Part shown: piece by piece, positions 15,022 to 24,497 of the stretch
How positions within the stretch are numbered: position 1 is the first letter of the stretch
How the letters are laid out: each line of letters begins with the position of its first letter
From: an uncultured Gaiellaceae bacterium
Lineage (GTDB): Bacteria; Actinomycetota; Thermoleophilia; Gaiellales; Gaiellaceae
Direction: 5' to 3'
DNA: 64,000 nucleotides
Assembly: GCA_963787855.1 (NCBI GenBank)
Contig: CAWBER010000010.1
Span: 14,066 to 78,065, forward strand
Notes under the pieces: model-generated
What the model saw: only the letters and a program-made list of their open reading frames with translations
Database searches by the model: none
Told to the model about the DNA's origin: nothing
Translations under genes and position numbers: made by a program

Positions 15022-17612
15022 TCATCCGGGGACTAAATCGTTGACGGACTCTGTCGGATCGCGAGCCGACGAACGCTGCTCGAGGGCGAACGCGACCGCC
15101 TCGTCGAGCGTCATCGCGCTACCGAGTTCCCACGCCCGTTCGAAGGCCTCGTCGCCGAGGGCGAGCGCGCACGCGAGCGACCGCCTCATCGTGCGCGGCG
15201 AGCTCGAGTGGATGGTCGGCCTCGCGGCCGACCTCGCCGCCCAGCGTTTTGCGCGCACCCCACAGCCGCGCCGCCGCCTCGGGCTCTCCCAGCCGCTCGA
15301 ACAGCGTCGCGTAGAGCTCGAGCGAGTCGAGGAGGCCCGCCACGAAGCGGATGCTCGCGTAGAGCTCGCGTCGCGATCGTCAGCATCGACAGGGCACGTG
15401 CGAGGTCGCCTCGCTCGAGTGCGATCTGCACCAGGCCGGTAAGCGTCCCACGCTTGGCCCTCGGACGTCCTCCGAGTTCGCGGAAGATCGCGTGCGACTC
15501 TTCGAAGTACGTCTCCGCGCTGTGCCAGCTCTCCCTGGAGACGAGCGACGTGCGCCGAGGTTATAGAGCGTCGATCGCAAGCTCCAGTCGCCGTCCCCGA
15601 CGCCGCGCAGAGCTCCGCGCGACTCCTCCCACAGGCGGGCCGCGCGGTCGAGATCCCCTCGGTAGGCGGCGATGTCCGCAAGCAAGCGCATCGACTAGAG
15701 CAGCTTCCTCCTCGTCGCCACTCTCGCGATCGAGCTGGCAGCGCCTCCTCCGCGGCAGCTGCCGCCCGATCGAGGTCGCCTTGCTCCATCGCGATGAGGG
15801 CCAGCCCGCGCAGCGCTCGCGCGCGCGCGTCGTCCGCGCCGGCCGAGGCCTCCAGCGTCGTCTCGAGCCAGCGTCTCCCTTCGCGCAGATGGCCGCGGCT
15901 CATCCAGAAGCGCGAAAGGGCTCCCGCGAGCCGCAGCGCGCTCGCCGAGTCGCCGCTCTCGAGCAGGTACGCGAGGACTGAGCGGAAGTTGTCGTGCTCG
16001 TCCTCGAACCGCTGCAGCCAGAGGGCCGCATCGCGACCTCGCAGGTCGGCGATGTCTGCGATCCGCGAGCTCCACGAAGAACCTGGCATGGCGTTCCCGC
16101 ATCGCATCCGCCTCTCCTGACTCTTCGAGCCGCTCGCCCGCGAACTCCCGGATCGTCTCGAGCATCCAGAAGCGCCCGTCGGTGTGGCGGAGGAGGCTCT
16201 TCTCGACGAGCGACTGCAGCGTGTCGAGGCCTGCCTCGCACACCTCCTCCGCCGCCTCGAGCGTGCAGCCGCCGGCGAAGACGGCGAGGCGGGCGAAGAG
16301 GCGCTGCTCCTGGTGGTGCTGAGCAGGTCGTACGACCAGTCGATCGCCGCGCGCAGGGTGCGCTGCCGCTCGGGGAGGTCGCGCGCGCCTCCGGTCAGGA
16401 GCGGGAGCCGCCGTTCGAGGCGCTCGAGGAGCGCGGTCGGCGGAAGCACCTTGACGCGCGCCGCGGCGAGCTCGATCGCGAGCGGCAGATGGTCGAGCCG
16501 GCGGCAGATCGTCGGCGATCTCGCCGTTCGCCGCGAGCTCGACGCCGGTTGCCCGCACGCGCTCGTAGAAGAGCGAGATCGCGTCCGCCTCGCGCAGGGG
16601 CAGGACGACGTACTCGCGCTCGCTCCTGAGGTGGAGCGGCTCGCGGCTCGTGACGAGCAGCGTCAGACGTTCGGGCAGGCGGCGAGGAGCTCGGCAAGCT
16701 CGGTCGCTGCTGCCAGCAGCTGCTCGAAGTTGTCGAGCAGGAGCAGCAGCCGCTTCGAGCCGATGTGCTCGGCAAGCTCCTCCTTCGCCCCCAGCGACCT
16801 GCGCGATCGTCGAGCTGACGAGCGCCTGGCTCGCGCAGGGCGGCCAGCCCGACCCAGAAGACGCCGTCCGGGAAGAGCTCGGACGACGTCGGCGGCCGCC
16901 TGAGCGGCGAGCCGCGTCTTGCCCGAGCCCCCCGCTCCGGTCAGGGTGAGGAGCCGAGTCCTCTCGTCCGCGAGCAGCGCGCTCACCTCCTGCGAGCTCG
17001 CGCTCGCGCCCGAGGAAGGGCGTCGCCGGCACGGGCAGGTTCGTCTGGTAGAGCGAGGCGAGCGGCGGGAACTCCTCTTCGCCGAGCTGGTAGAGCCGCT
17101 GCGGCGCCGACAGGTCCTTCAGCCGATGCTCGCCGAGGTCGCGCAGCGAGAGCCCGTCCGGCAGCTCGGCGCTGCGACGAGCGACGTCGTTCGCTCGGAG
17201 ACGAGCACCTGGCCGCCGTGGCCCGGCGCTCATCACCCGCGCCGCGCGATGGACGTCGAGGCCGGCATACAGGCTTGCCGGTGACGAGCGGCTCGCCGGT
17301 GTGCATGCCCGATCCGCACCCGGATCGGCTCGCGCTCCCAGGCGTGCTCGGCAGAGCGCCGCTGCGCCTGCGCCGCGCGAGCACGGCCTCGCACGGATCG
17401 GCGAAGGCGAAGTGGAAGGAGTCGCCCTGCATCTCCACCTCGACCCCGCCGTGGCCGGTGAAGGCCTCGCGGAGGAGGCGGCGGTGATCCTCGAGCGCCC
17501 GCACGTAGGCCTCCTCGCCGAGCTCCTGCAGCAGCCGCGTCGAGCCCTCGATGTCCGTGAAGAGCAGGGTGACAGTGCCGCGAGGTAGCTCCGCCATGGC
17601 CGAACCAGCCAA
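15022..17612 (-). pseudogene. Class III adenylate/guanylate cyclase - AAA/STAND ATPase - TPR regulator, fragmented by many frameshifts
   Basis: Collinear pieces lie in different frames. They are: cyclase (TVTLLFTDIEGSTRLLQELGEE...EVEMQGDSFHFAF; IRVRIG; GMHTGEP; LRDLGEHRLKDL), P-loop (LLTLTGAGGSGKTRLA), winged-helix part ([19 protein letters not shown]), and TPR-like tail. ORFs 16983..17612, 17233..17772, 15695..17236, 16663..16986, 16395..16775 and 15022..16449 each carry part of it. Confidence 0.8.
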
Positions 17613-18051
17613 GCCTACGACGCTCGCAGCGCATGCGACCAGCGCACGTGCGTGCTGTTGCCGCCCTGACGTTCCATCCGTCGCGCGCGTGAACGACGGC
17701 GCAGGCGACTATTTCTACGCTCGAAGGCATGAGGCTGCACGACGTTGACTTCGGTGTCGGTGCGTGGTACAAGCACCCGAACCTTCATCACAGGGGAGAG
17801 GGTTGGAAAACTGCGGCTGGTTTCGGAGACAGGCCTCGCGAGGCTTGCTGCTTTGCGTGGTCCTGCTCTTCGTGCCCGCACTAGGCGCGTCGAGCAGAAC
17901 CGGAACTGCGGCCGCGGTTGGCGCTTCGGCCGCCTCGACGGAGGCGTCGCTCGAACTCGTGAAGACGGCGGACGCCGAGACGGTCGAGGCCGGCAACCCC
18001 ATCGGCTTCAGCATTGACCTCACGAACCACGGAGAGATCGCGAATCAGGGA

Positions 18052-19041
18052 CGCGTCATCATCGAGAAGCGGCTCGACCCCAACTGGGCAACCGGCGACC
18101 TTCCCCTTCAGCACCAACCTCCGGGGGACCGGCAGCTTCTCCCTCGGCGGCGCCGCCTGCGCCGAGCCTCATGAAGATCAAGACCTTCAAGGCGCGTGGC
18201 CCCGGGCACTTACACCGTGACCGAGGATCCGCCGCCGGCGGGCTTCACGCTAACCGGCCTGAGCTGTGACGACGCCAACTCCAACGTCGACCTGGAACGA
18301 GGGCACCCGCGCACAGCGACGATCAGCCTGCAGGCGGGCGAAACGGTGCGCTGCATCTTCACGAACCACATCGACCACGGCCGCGTCATCATCGAGAAGC
18401 GGCTCGACCCCAACTGGGCGACCGGCGACCTTCCCCTTCAGCACCAACCTCGCCGGGGACCGGCAGCTTCTCCCTCGGCGCGACGCCTGCGCCGAGCCTC
18501 ATGAAGATCAAGACCTTCAAGGCGCGTCGCCCCGGGCACTTACACCGTGACCGAGGAGCTCGCCGCCGGCGGGCTTCACGCTAACCGGCCTGAGCTGCGA
18601 CGACCCCAACTCCAACGTCGACCTGGAACGAGGGCACCCGCACAAGCGACGATCAGCCTGCAGGCGGGCGAAACGGTGCGCTGCATCTTCACGAACCACA
18701 TCGACCACGGCCGCGTCATCATCGAGAAGCGGCTCGACCCCAACTGGGCAACCGGCGACCTTCCACTTCAGCACCGACCTCCGGGGACCGGCAGCTTCTC
18801 CCCTCGGCGGCGCCGCCTGCGCCAGCGCTCATGAAGATCAAGACCTTCAAGGCGCGTGGCCCCGGGCACTTACACCGTGACCGAGGATCCGCCGCCGGCG
18901 GGCTTCACGCTAACCGGCCTGAGCTGTGACGACGCCAACTCCAACGTCCACCTGGAACGAGGGCCCGCCAAGCGACGATCAGCCTGCAGGCAGGCGAAAC
19001 GGTGCGCTGCATCTTTACGAACGCACGACTCCACGATCGAC
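18052..19041 (+). repeat. Tandem repeat, 3 x 330 bp (coding module GRVIIEKRLDP...PGTYTVTEDPPPAGFTLTGLSCDD...ETVRCIFTNHIDH)
   Basis: The unit start cgcgtcatcatcgagaagcgg recurs at 18052, 18382 and 18712. Copies are near-identical apart from point changes and 1-3-nt indels. The third copy decays after about 19026. Confidence 0.9.
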
Positions 19042-19060
19042 GCCTAACGGACGCGGGGTG

Positions 19061-19980
19061 GTGATCATCGAGAAGCAGGCCCCGGCCGACGCACGACCCC
19101 TCGCTCGAGCCTGCCGCCGTACGTTCACTGACGACCTCGGGCCGTGCAACTTGCAGGGGATCGCCTCCGGCAGCGAAGCAGACCTGCGACAACGTCGTCC
19201 CCGGCACCTACACGGTCACCGAGAGCGCCCTCTCGACCAACGGCCGCTTCGTCTCGCTGCGCTGCGACGACCCCAACAACAACGTCCACCTTCAGACGGG
19301 GCCGTCGCCACCATCCGCGTGGAGGCAAACGAGACGGTGCGCTGCGTGTGGGTAAACGAAGACCGGCGCGGCTGGGTGATCGTCGAGAAGCAGGCCCCCG
19401 CCGACGCACGACCCCTCGCTTGAGCCTGCCGCCGTCTTGCACTGACGACCTGCCGTGCAACTTGCAGGGGATCGCCTCCGGCAGCGAGCAGACCTGCGCC
19501 AACGTCGTCCCCGGCACCTACACGGTCACCGAGAGCGCCCTCTCGACCAACGGCCGCTTCGTCTCGCTGCGCTGCGACGACCCCAACAACAACTCCACCT
19601 TCAGCGGGGCCGTCGCCACCATCCGCGTGGAGGCAAACGAGACGGTGCGCTGCGTGTGGGTAAACGAAGACCGGCGCGGCTGGGTGATCGTCGAGAAGCA
19701 GGCCCCCGCCACGCACGACCCCTCGCTTGAGCCTGCCGCCGTCTTCACTGACGACCTGCCGTGCAACTTGCAGGGGATCGCCTCCGGCAGCGAGCAGACC
19801 TGCGCCAACGTCGTCCCCGGCACCTACACGGTCACCGAGAGCGCCCTCTCGACCAACGGCCGCTTCGTCTCGCTGCGCTGCGACGACCCCAACAACAACT
19901 CCACCTTCAGCGGGGCCGTCGCCACCATCCATCTCGAGGCCGACGAGACCGTCCGCTGCACCTGGGTCAACGAGGTTCCC
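19061..19980 (+). repeat. Tandem repeat, 3 x about 310 bp (module GWVIVEKQAP...CNLQGIASGSEQTCANVVPGTYTVTESALSTNGRFVSLRCDDPNNN...ETVRCVWVNE)
   Basis: The unit start gtgatc(a/g)tcgagaagcaggcccc recurs at 19061, 19376 and 19684 (periods 315 and 308). Copies differ mostly by small indels. Confidence 0.9.
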
Positions 19981-21392
19981 TCCGGTCAGGGTACGGCGAC
20001 GAACGTTGCCCTCACGGACGAGTTGCCGGCCGGCCCTGATCTGAGCTGGTCACTAGATCCAGCAGTTGCTGGGTGCTCGATCGAGGGGCGATTGCTGTCG
20101 TGTACGTTCGGCAGCCTCACCGACGGGGAGACCATTTCGGTCCACGTCACGAGCCCGACGACGACAGCGAGCTGCGGCCGCTACGACAACACCGCGTTCG
20201 CGCAGGCCGATAACCGCACGGCAGTACAGCGCTCGGCGTCGGTGACCGTCGTTTGCCCGGCGACCATGACCTACCGCAAGGAGACCCTGCCGGCCTCGGA
20301 TCCGCAGGACTTCGCGTTCGTGGCCGCGGGCGTGGGGGTGGACGGCGACACCTTGGACACCGATCCCGGCTCGGCCACGCCTTCCTCGCACACGGACACC
20401 CTGGACACGTCCGAGTTGGCGGGCACCAAGACGATCGCCGAGTCCGTGCCACCAGGGTGGGTCTTGAGCAGCGTCGTCTGCACCGGCACGAGTGCGACCC
20501 GCGCCGGCGACGCGGTCAGCTTCAGCGTCTCGGCCGGCGCCCAGATCGTCTGCACCTTCACGAACACGAAGCTCGGCTCGGTGACCCTCAGGAAGACGAC
20601 GAACGCCGTCGTCGATCCGAGCAAGGACATCTTGTTCATCCTGACCGGTCCCGGCTTGCCGGCGGACGGCGTCAGGAGGTCGACGTTCGGCGATCAGGAC
20701 GGCTTGCTTGAGTTCGGCAGCGGGAACTTGATCCCCGCGCAGACGTACAAGATCTGCGAGACCCCTGTCCCGGCCGGCTTCACCTCCTTCTGGAAGCTGG
20801 ACCGTGACATTGTCACGCCTTACAACCCAGACGCGAGCAAGAGCCCGCCCGAGGATCTCGGCACCCGCTGCTACGACTTCAAGGTCGAGCCCGGGCAGGC
20901 TCGCTCCTTCGAGGTCGACAACTCCCGACCCGGCGGAGACCCGCGCACGATCGGTTACTGGAAGAACTGGAACCGTTGCACGAGCGGAAACCAGGCGGCA
21001 ACGGCCCAGAAGAACGGCGGCGCGGCGGCGGGCTTCTTCCTCGCCGAGGACCTCCTGCCGCAGACGCATCGGCGACTTCGACGGTCACCACCTGCCAGCA
21101 GGCGGTCAAGCTCCTCTCGAAACAGGACCAGGCAGGGAAGAGCAAGTCGAGCGATGCCGCCTACGAGCTCGGAGCGCAGCTGCTTGCCGCCCGCTTCAAC
21201 CTCGCCGCGGGCGCAGAGACGTGCACGGCGGTGCAGCAGGCGGTCCTGGACGGTCAGACGCTGCTCGACCAGCTCAACTTCACCGGCTCCGGCGACTACC
21301 TAGGCTCGAAATCGAAGGACGCGCGCCGCGCCCAGGCGCTCTCGCTCGCCGCCACGCTCGACCGCTACAACAACGGCAACCTCTGCTGAGGC

Positions 21393-22040
21393 TCAGCGCG
21401 CGCGGCGCACGATCTCCTCCGCGTCGAGGACGAGCGTGCGTCCCCGCCGGAGCTCCACCGTCCCGCGCGCCTGCTCCTCGCGGAGCACGCGGTTTACCGT
21501 GGCGCGCGAGGTGCCCGCCATCTCCGCGAGCTGCTCCTGGGTGAGCGGGATCACCGAGTCGCGGCCGGCGTAGAGCGCGCTCAACTCCGCAAGCCGGCGG
21601 AGCACGCGCCGCTCGACCGGCACGTAGAGGGCCTCGAGCAGGAGCTCGTTCTGCCGTCGAACCTCCCCGGCGAGGAAGCCGATGAGAACTTCGTTGACTG
21701 TCGGGTGCTCCCTGCGCAGCCGCTGGAATTCCGCGACGTAGACGGCGAACGTCTCCGCCTCCTCGAGCGCCTCGACGGTGGCCGAGCGCTTCGTCCCCTC
21801 CGCCACGAGCGCCATCTCGCCGAAGCTGTCCTCCGGACCGCGGATGCCGATCGTGACCGTCTCCCCGAGCGGAGTCATGATCCGGATCGCGAACCGACCC
21901 TTCCTGATCAGGTGCAGCGAGTCGGCCGGATCCTCGCGGTGAAAGACGACCTCGTTGCGCGAGAAGCGCCGCCGGCGAGCGACCGATAACAGACGCCGCA
22001 CCTCCTCGTCGGGAACGCCGTCCATGAGCCGCCAACGCAC
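21393..22040 (-). CDS. Crp/Fnr family transcriptional regulator (cNMP-binding plus HTH)
   Basis: 215 aa. cNMP-binding beta-barrel (GDSFGEMALV..RSATVEA) and C-terminal HTH LTQEQLAEMAGTSRATVNRVLRE. An alternative ATG start is at 22025. Confidence 0.9.
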   Translation of the reverse strand: MRWRLMDGVPDEEVRRLLSVARRRRFSRNEVVFHREDPADSLHLIRKGRFAIRIMTPLGETVTIGIRGPEDSFGEMALVAEGTKRSATVEALEEAETFAVYVAEFQRLRREHPTVNEVLIGFLAGEVRRQNELLLEALYVPVERRVLRRLAELSALYAGRDSVIPLTQEQLAEMAGTSRATVNRVLREEQARGTVELRRGRTLVLDAEEIVRRAR

Positions 22041-22418
22041 GCGCCCAACTATGGCACCTGTTCGGCCCGGTCAAAACGAAGGGGACGCCACCAAGCGCGG
22101 GCTCACGCGTCGTTGGTCTCGTTCTCTATTTGATGAACAGACAACAGCGCGCGGGTACGAGACGACGCGCTTACGGCGAAGGCGCGATGTCGCGCTCATC
22201 GGGTCGGATCATTACGCTCGGCGACTTCCTTCGCCAGGGAGAGCGACGAGAGCGTCTAGCCGGGCAACATGCATCTGACCCGCAACCTCGAACCTGGAAC
22301 GAATCTGGAACGGTGAGGTGGACAAAGGCCGGTAAGGGGTCGCCCGCCCCACGAGCCGAATCCGCTCAACCGGGCCGATTCCGGGAGAGGCGGGTACGCA
22401 CGGGTAAGCCAGCGCGGT

Positions 22419-22463
22419 CATGGTAAGGAGGGGGTCGACGGTTCGAGTCCGTCAGAGGGCTTG
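22419..22463 (+). repeat. att-like direct repeat copy 2 (tRNA-Thr 3' half)
   Basis: 45/45 identical to 14427-14471. No matching tRNA 5' half lies upstream. Confidence 0.85.
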
Positions 22464-22751
22464 GCGGGATGCCGCATGGTTCGTAAAGATGCTTTGATCG
22501 CAGCTCGTAAGGCGAGGAGTCGGACGCACCGTTCTGGAAGCAAGATGGAAACGGGGCTGGTCGCGAAGAGCATGGTTCGTTCAGATCCAGAGGGCGCTCG
22601 CAGGTGCGTCCGAGTAGCCTCTTGCGTGTCTGACTACCTACGGGTGACGACCGGATTCGAACACTGACGAACCTACCGGGACGAAGGTAGGCGGGCCCGG
22701 GGCGCGCTATAGGTGGCGCACGGCGGGTTCGACGACAGGAAAGGGGGACCG

Positions 22752-24134
22752 ATGACAAAGCGTCTCGTACGGACGATGCTGTGCACCGGCGTGTTCGCCC
22801 TGGCACTTGGGGCGGCGGCGTCCGCAGCCAACTTCGCGCCGGGTTCGCCGGGGCTCGGAGACCCGATGTTCCCGAACGCCGGGAACGGCGGCTACGACGT
22901 TCAGCACTATGGCCTGACCCTCGACTACACGCCGTCGTCGAACCAGTTGACGGCGACGGCCGTGATCAGCGCCCGGGCAACCCAGGATCTTTCGAGCTTC
23001 AACCTAGACCTGCGCGGGTTCGCGATCTCGCGGCTGCTCGTCGACGGCCGAGCCGCAACCTTCACGCGCGACGGCGGGCAGGAGCTGACGGCGACGCCGA
23101 GGCCGGGGATTCTCGCGGGCACGACCTTCACCGTCACGATTGACTACGCCGGCACGCCGGCCGTCGTGACCGACCCCGACAACTCGATCGAAGGCTGGGT
23201 GCCGACGGACGACGGAGCGTTCGTCGTCAACGAGCCGCAGGGCTCGCCAGCCTGGTACCCGTGCAACGACAACCCGCGCGACAAGGCGACCTTCGACTTT
23301 CGCGTTACCGTCCCCGCGGGGCTGACCGCGATGGCGAACGGCATCCTCGTCTCCAGTTCGACGACCGGCGGGAAGACGACCTGGGTCTGGAAGGAGACGG
23401 ACCCCATGGCGACCTACCTCGCCACAGCGACTCTCGGAAGGTTCGACCTGACGATCTCGAACGTGGGGAGCATCCCGTCGTACGTCGCCGTCGACCCGCA
23501 GCTCGCGAAGGGGCAGGTGCTGTCGAAGCTGCCCGAGGCAGTCCAGTTCTACGAGTCGATCTACGGTCCGTACCCGTTTAACGCCGTCGGCGCGATCGTC
23601 GACTCGGCGAAGGTCGTCGGGTACTCGCTCGAGACGCAGACGAAGCCGAACTTCCCTTACGTGCCGGACGAGGCGACGCTCGTCCACGAGCTCGCGCACA
23701 TGTGGTTCGGCGACTCGGTGACGCTCACGACGTGGCCCGACATCTGGCTGAACGAGGGCTTCGCAACGTGGTCCGAGTGGATTTGGAGCGAGCGCCAGGG
23801 CAACAAGTCCGCCGCGCAGTGGTTCAACCAGCTCTACAACACGCCCGCGCAAGACACGGCGTTCTGGGGCCCCGCGGTCGCCAACTTCCTCGACCCAGCC
23901 CTGCTCTTCAACGGCACCGTCTACTACCGCGGCGCGATGACGCTTCAGGCGTTGCGGGAGAAGATCGGGGACCTGGCGTTCTTCCAGCTGCTCAACGACT
24001 GGGCGACGCAGAACCGCTACGGCAACGTGACGACGCCGGACTTCATCGCGCTCGCGGAGCAGAAGTCGGGGATGGACCTGACTGCTTTCTTCGACGCCTG
24101 GATCTTCCAGGAGGCGAAGCCGACCATCTGGTGA
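22752..24134 (+). CDS. Secreted M1-family zinc metallopeptidase (aminopeptidase N-like)
   Basis: GGAAAGGGGGA lies before ATG 22752. Signal peptide MTKRLVRTMLCTGVFALALGAAASA. Gluzincin motif VHELAHMWFGD...WLNEGFATW. Confidence 0.9.
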   Translation: MTKRLVRTMLCTGVFALALGAAASAANFAPGSPGLGDPMFPNAGNGGYDVQHYGLTLDYTPSSNQLTATAVISARATQDLSSFNLDLRGFAISRLLVDGRAATFTRDGGQELTATPRPGILAGTTFTVTIDYAGTPAVVTDPDNSIEGWVPTDDGAFVVNEPQGSPAWYPCNDNPRDKATFDFRVTVPAGLTAMANGILVSSSTTGGKTTWVWKETDPMATYLATATLGRFDLTISNVGSIPSYVAVDPQLAKGQVLSKLPEAVQFYESIYGPYPFNAVGAIVDSAKVVGYSLETQTKPNFPYVPDEATLVHELAHMWFGDSVTLTTWPDIWLNEGFATWSEWIWSERQGNKSAAQWFNQLYNTPAQDTAFWGPAVANFLDPALLFNGTVYYRGAMTLQALREKIGDLAFFQLLNDWATQNRYGNVTTPDFIALAEQKSGMDLTAFFDAWIFQEAKPTIW

Positions 24135-24146
24135 GGAACAGCCCGG

Positions 24147-24172
24147 GAGGGCGACCGTGGCCGGTCGTCCTC
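24147..24172 (+). terminator. Hairpin after the M1 peptidase gene
   Basis: gagggcgacc-gtggcc-ggtcgtcctc: a 10-bp stem with one mismatch, 12 nt after the stop. No U-tract. Confidence 0.35.
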
Positions 24173-24447
24173 ACGGGCTCGATGGTCGCATCTCGTCTCG
24201 GGAGGGCAACAGCGCAACTGGGCTCGGCTGGTATTGCTCGTTCGAGTGCCTCAGCGAGGGGATCGGAGAGCTGCGCGGGACCTATGGCTCTCAGTGCGAT
24301 CGCGCTCGGTTTGAGTGAACGCATGGAAACGCATTGGAAACCATTCGCCGCGAACCGCGGCGAACCGCGACAATCTGAGGACGCTCTGATCCGCGCGATT
24401 TCCGGGCAGAACTATTGGAGGCGACGTCCGGCGAAGCTCGAAGGGCA

Positions 24448-24493
24448 CATGGTAAGGAGGGGGTCGACGGTTCGAGTCCGTCAGACGGGCTTG
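24448..24493 (+). repeat. att-like direct repeat copy 3 (tRNA-Thr 3' half with a 1-nt insertion)
   Basis: catggtaaggagggggtcgacggttcgagtccgtcagaCgggcttg. Identical to copies 1 and 2 except for the extra c at 24486. Confidence 0.85.
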
Positions 24494-24497
24494 GAAG

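Larger units (their letters stand above)
17764..21389 (+). pseudogene. Large secreted repeat protein (DUF11-like plus Cna-B/prealbumin-like PGTYTVTE modules), fragmented by frameshifts
   Basis: Signal-like RRQASRGLLLCVVLLFVPALGASS. Contains LELVKTADAETVEAGNPIGFSIDLTNHG, six tandem modules, DUF11-like GTATNVALTDELPAG, further modules (FTNTKLGSVTLRKT...), and a C-terminal IGYWKNWNRC...LLAARFNLAAGAETC domain. Forward ORFs 17764..18174, 18014..18220, 18196..18504, 18266..18550, 18547..18834, 18856..19047, 18926..19423, 19144..21303 and 20976..21389 tile it in changing frames. The exact start is uncertain. Confidence 0.75.
14472..22463. mobile_element. Putative tRNA-Thr-associated integrated island 1 (about 8 kb, no recombinase gene recognisable)
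   Basis: Bounded by tRNA-Thr and a perfect 45-nt direct copy of its 3' half. The cargo (cyclase/STAND gene, repeat adhesin, Crp) is accessory-type. Confidence 0.45.
22464..24493. mobile_element. Putative tRNA-Thr-associated island 2 (about 2 kb, single cargo gene, no recombinase)
   Basis: Bounded by repeat copies 2 and 3. The AT-richer leader contains 17-nt direct repeats. An intrinsic terminator follows copy 3, as expected for the displaced original tRNA 3' end. Confidence 0.4.

Noticed and set aside
18052-19980. Regularly spaced 330-bp and about 310-bp repeats considered as a CRISPR array or satellite.
   Set aside because: The units abut without unique spacers, are far longer than CRISPR repeats, and translate into protein domain modules. 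No cas genes are in the window.
22100-22420. Possible integrase remnant next to att copy 2 (translation ...AGTRRRAYGEGAMSRSSGRI... resembles integrase N-termini), with a matching AGTRR at 14532.
   Set aside because: The resemblance rests on a shared 15-nt DNA motif and a few residues. No catalytic R-H-R-Y region or longer similarity is visible in any frame. It is kept only as a DNA-repeat observation.
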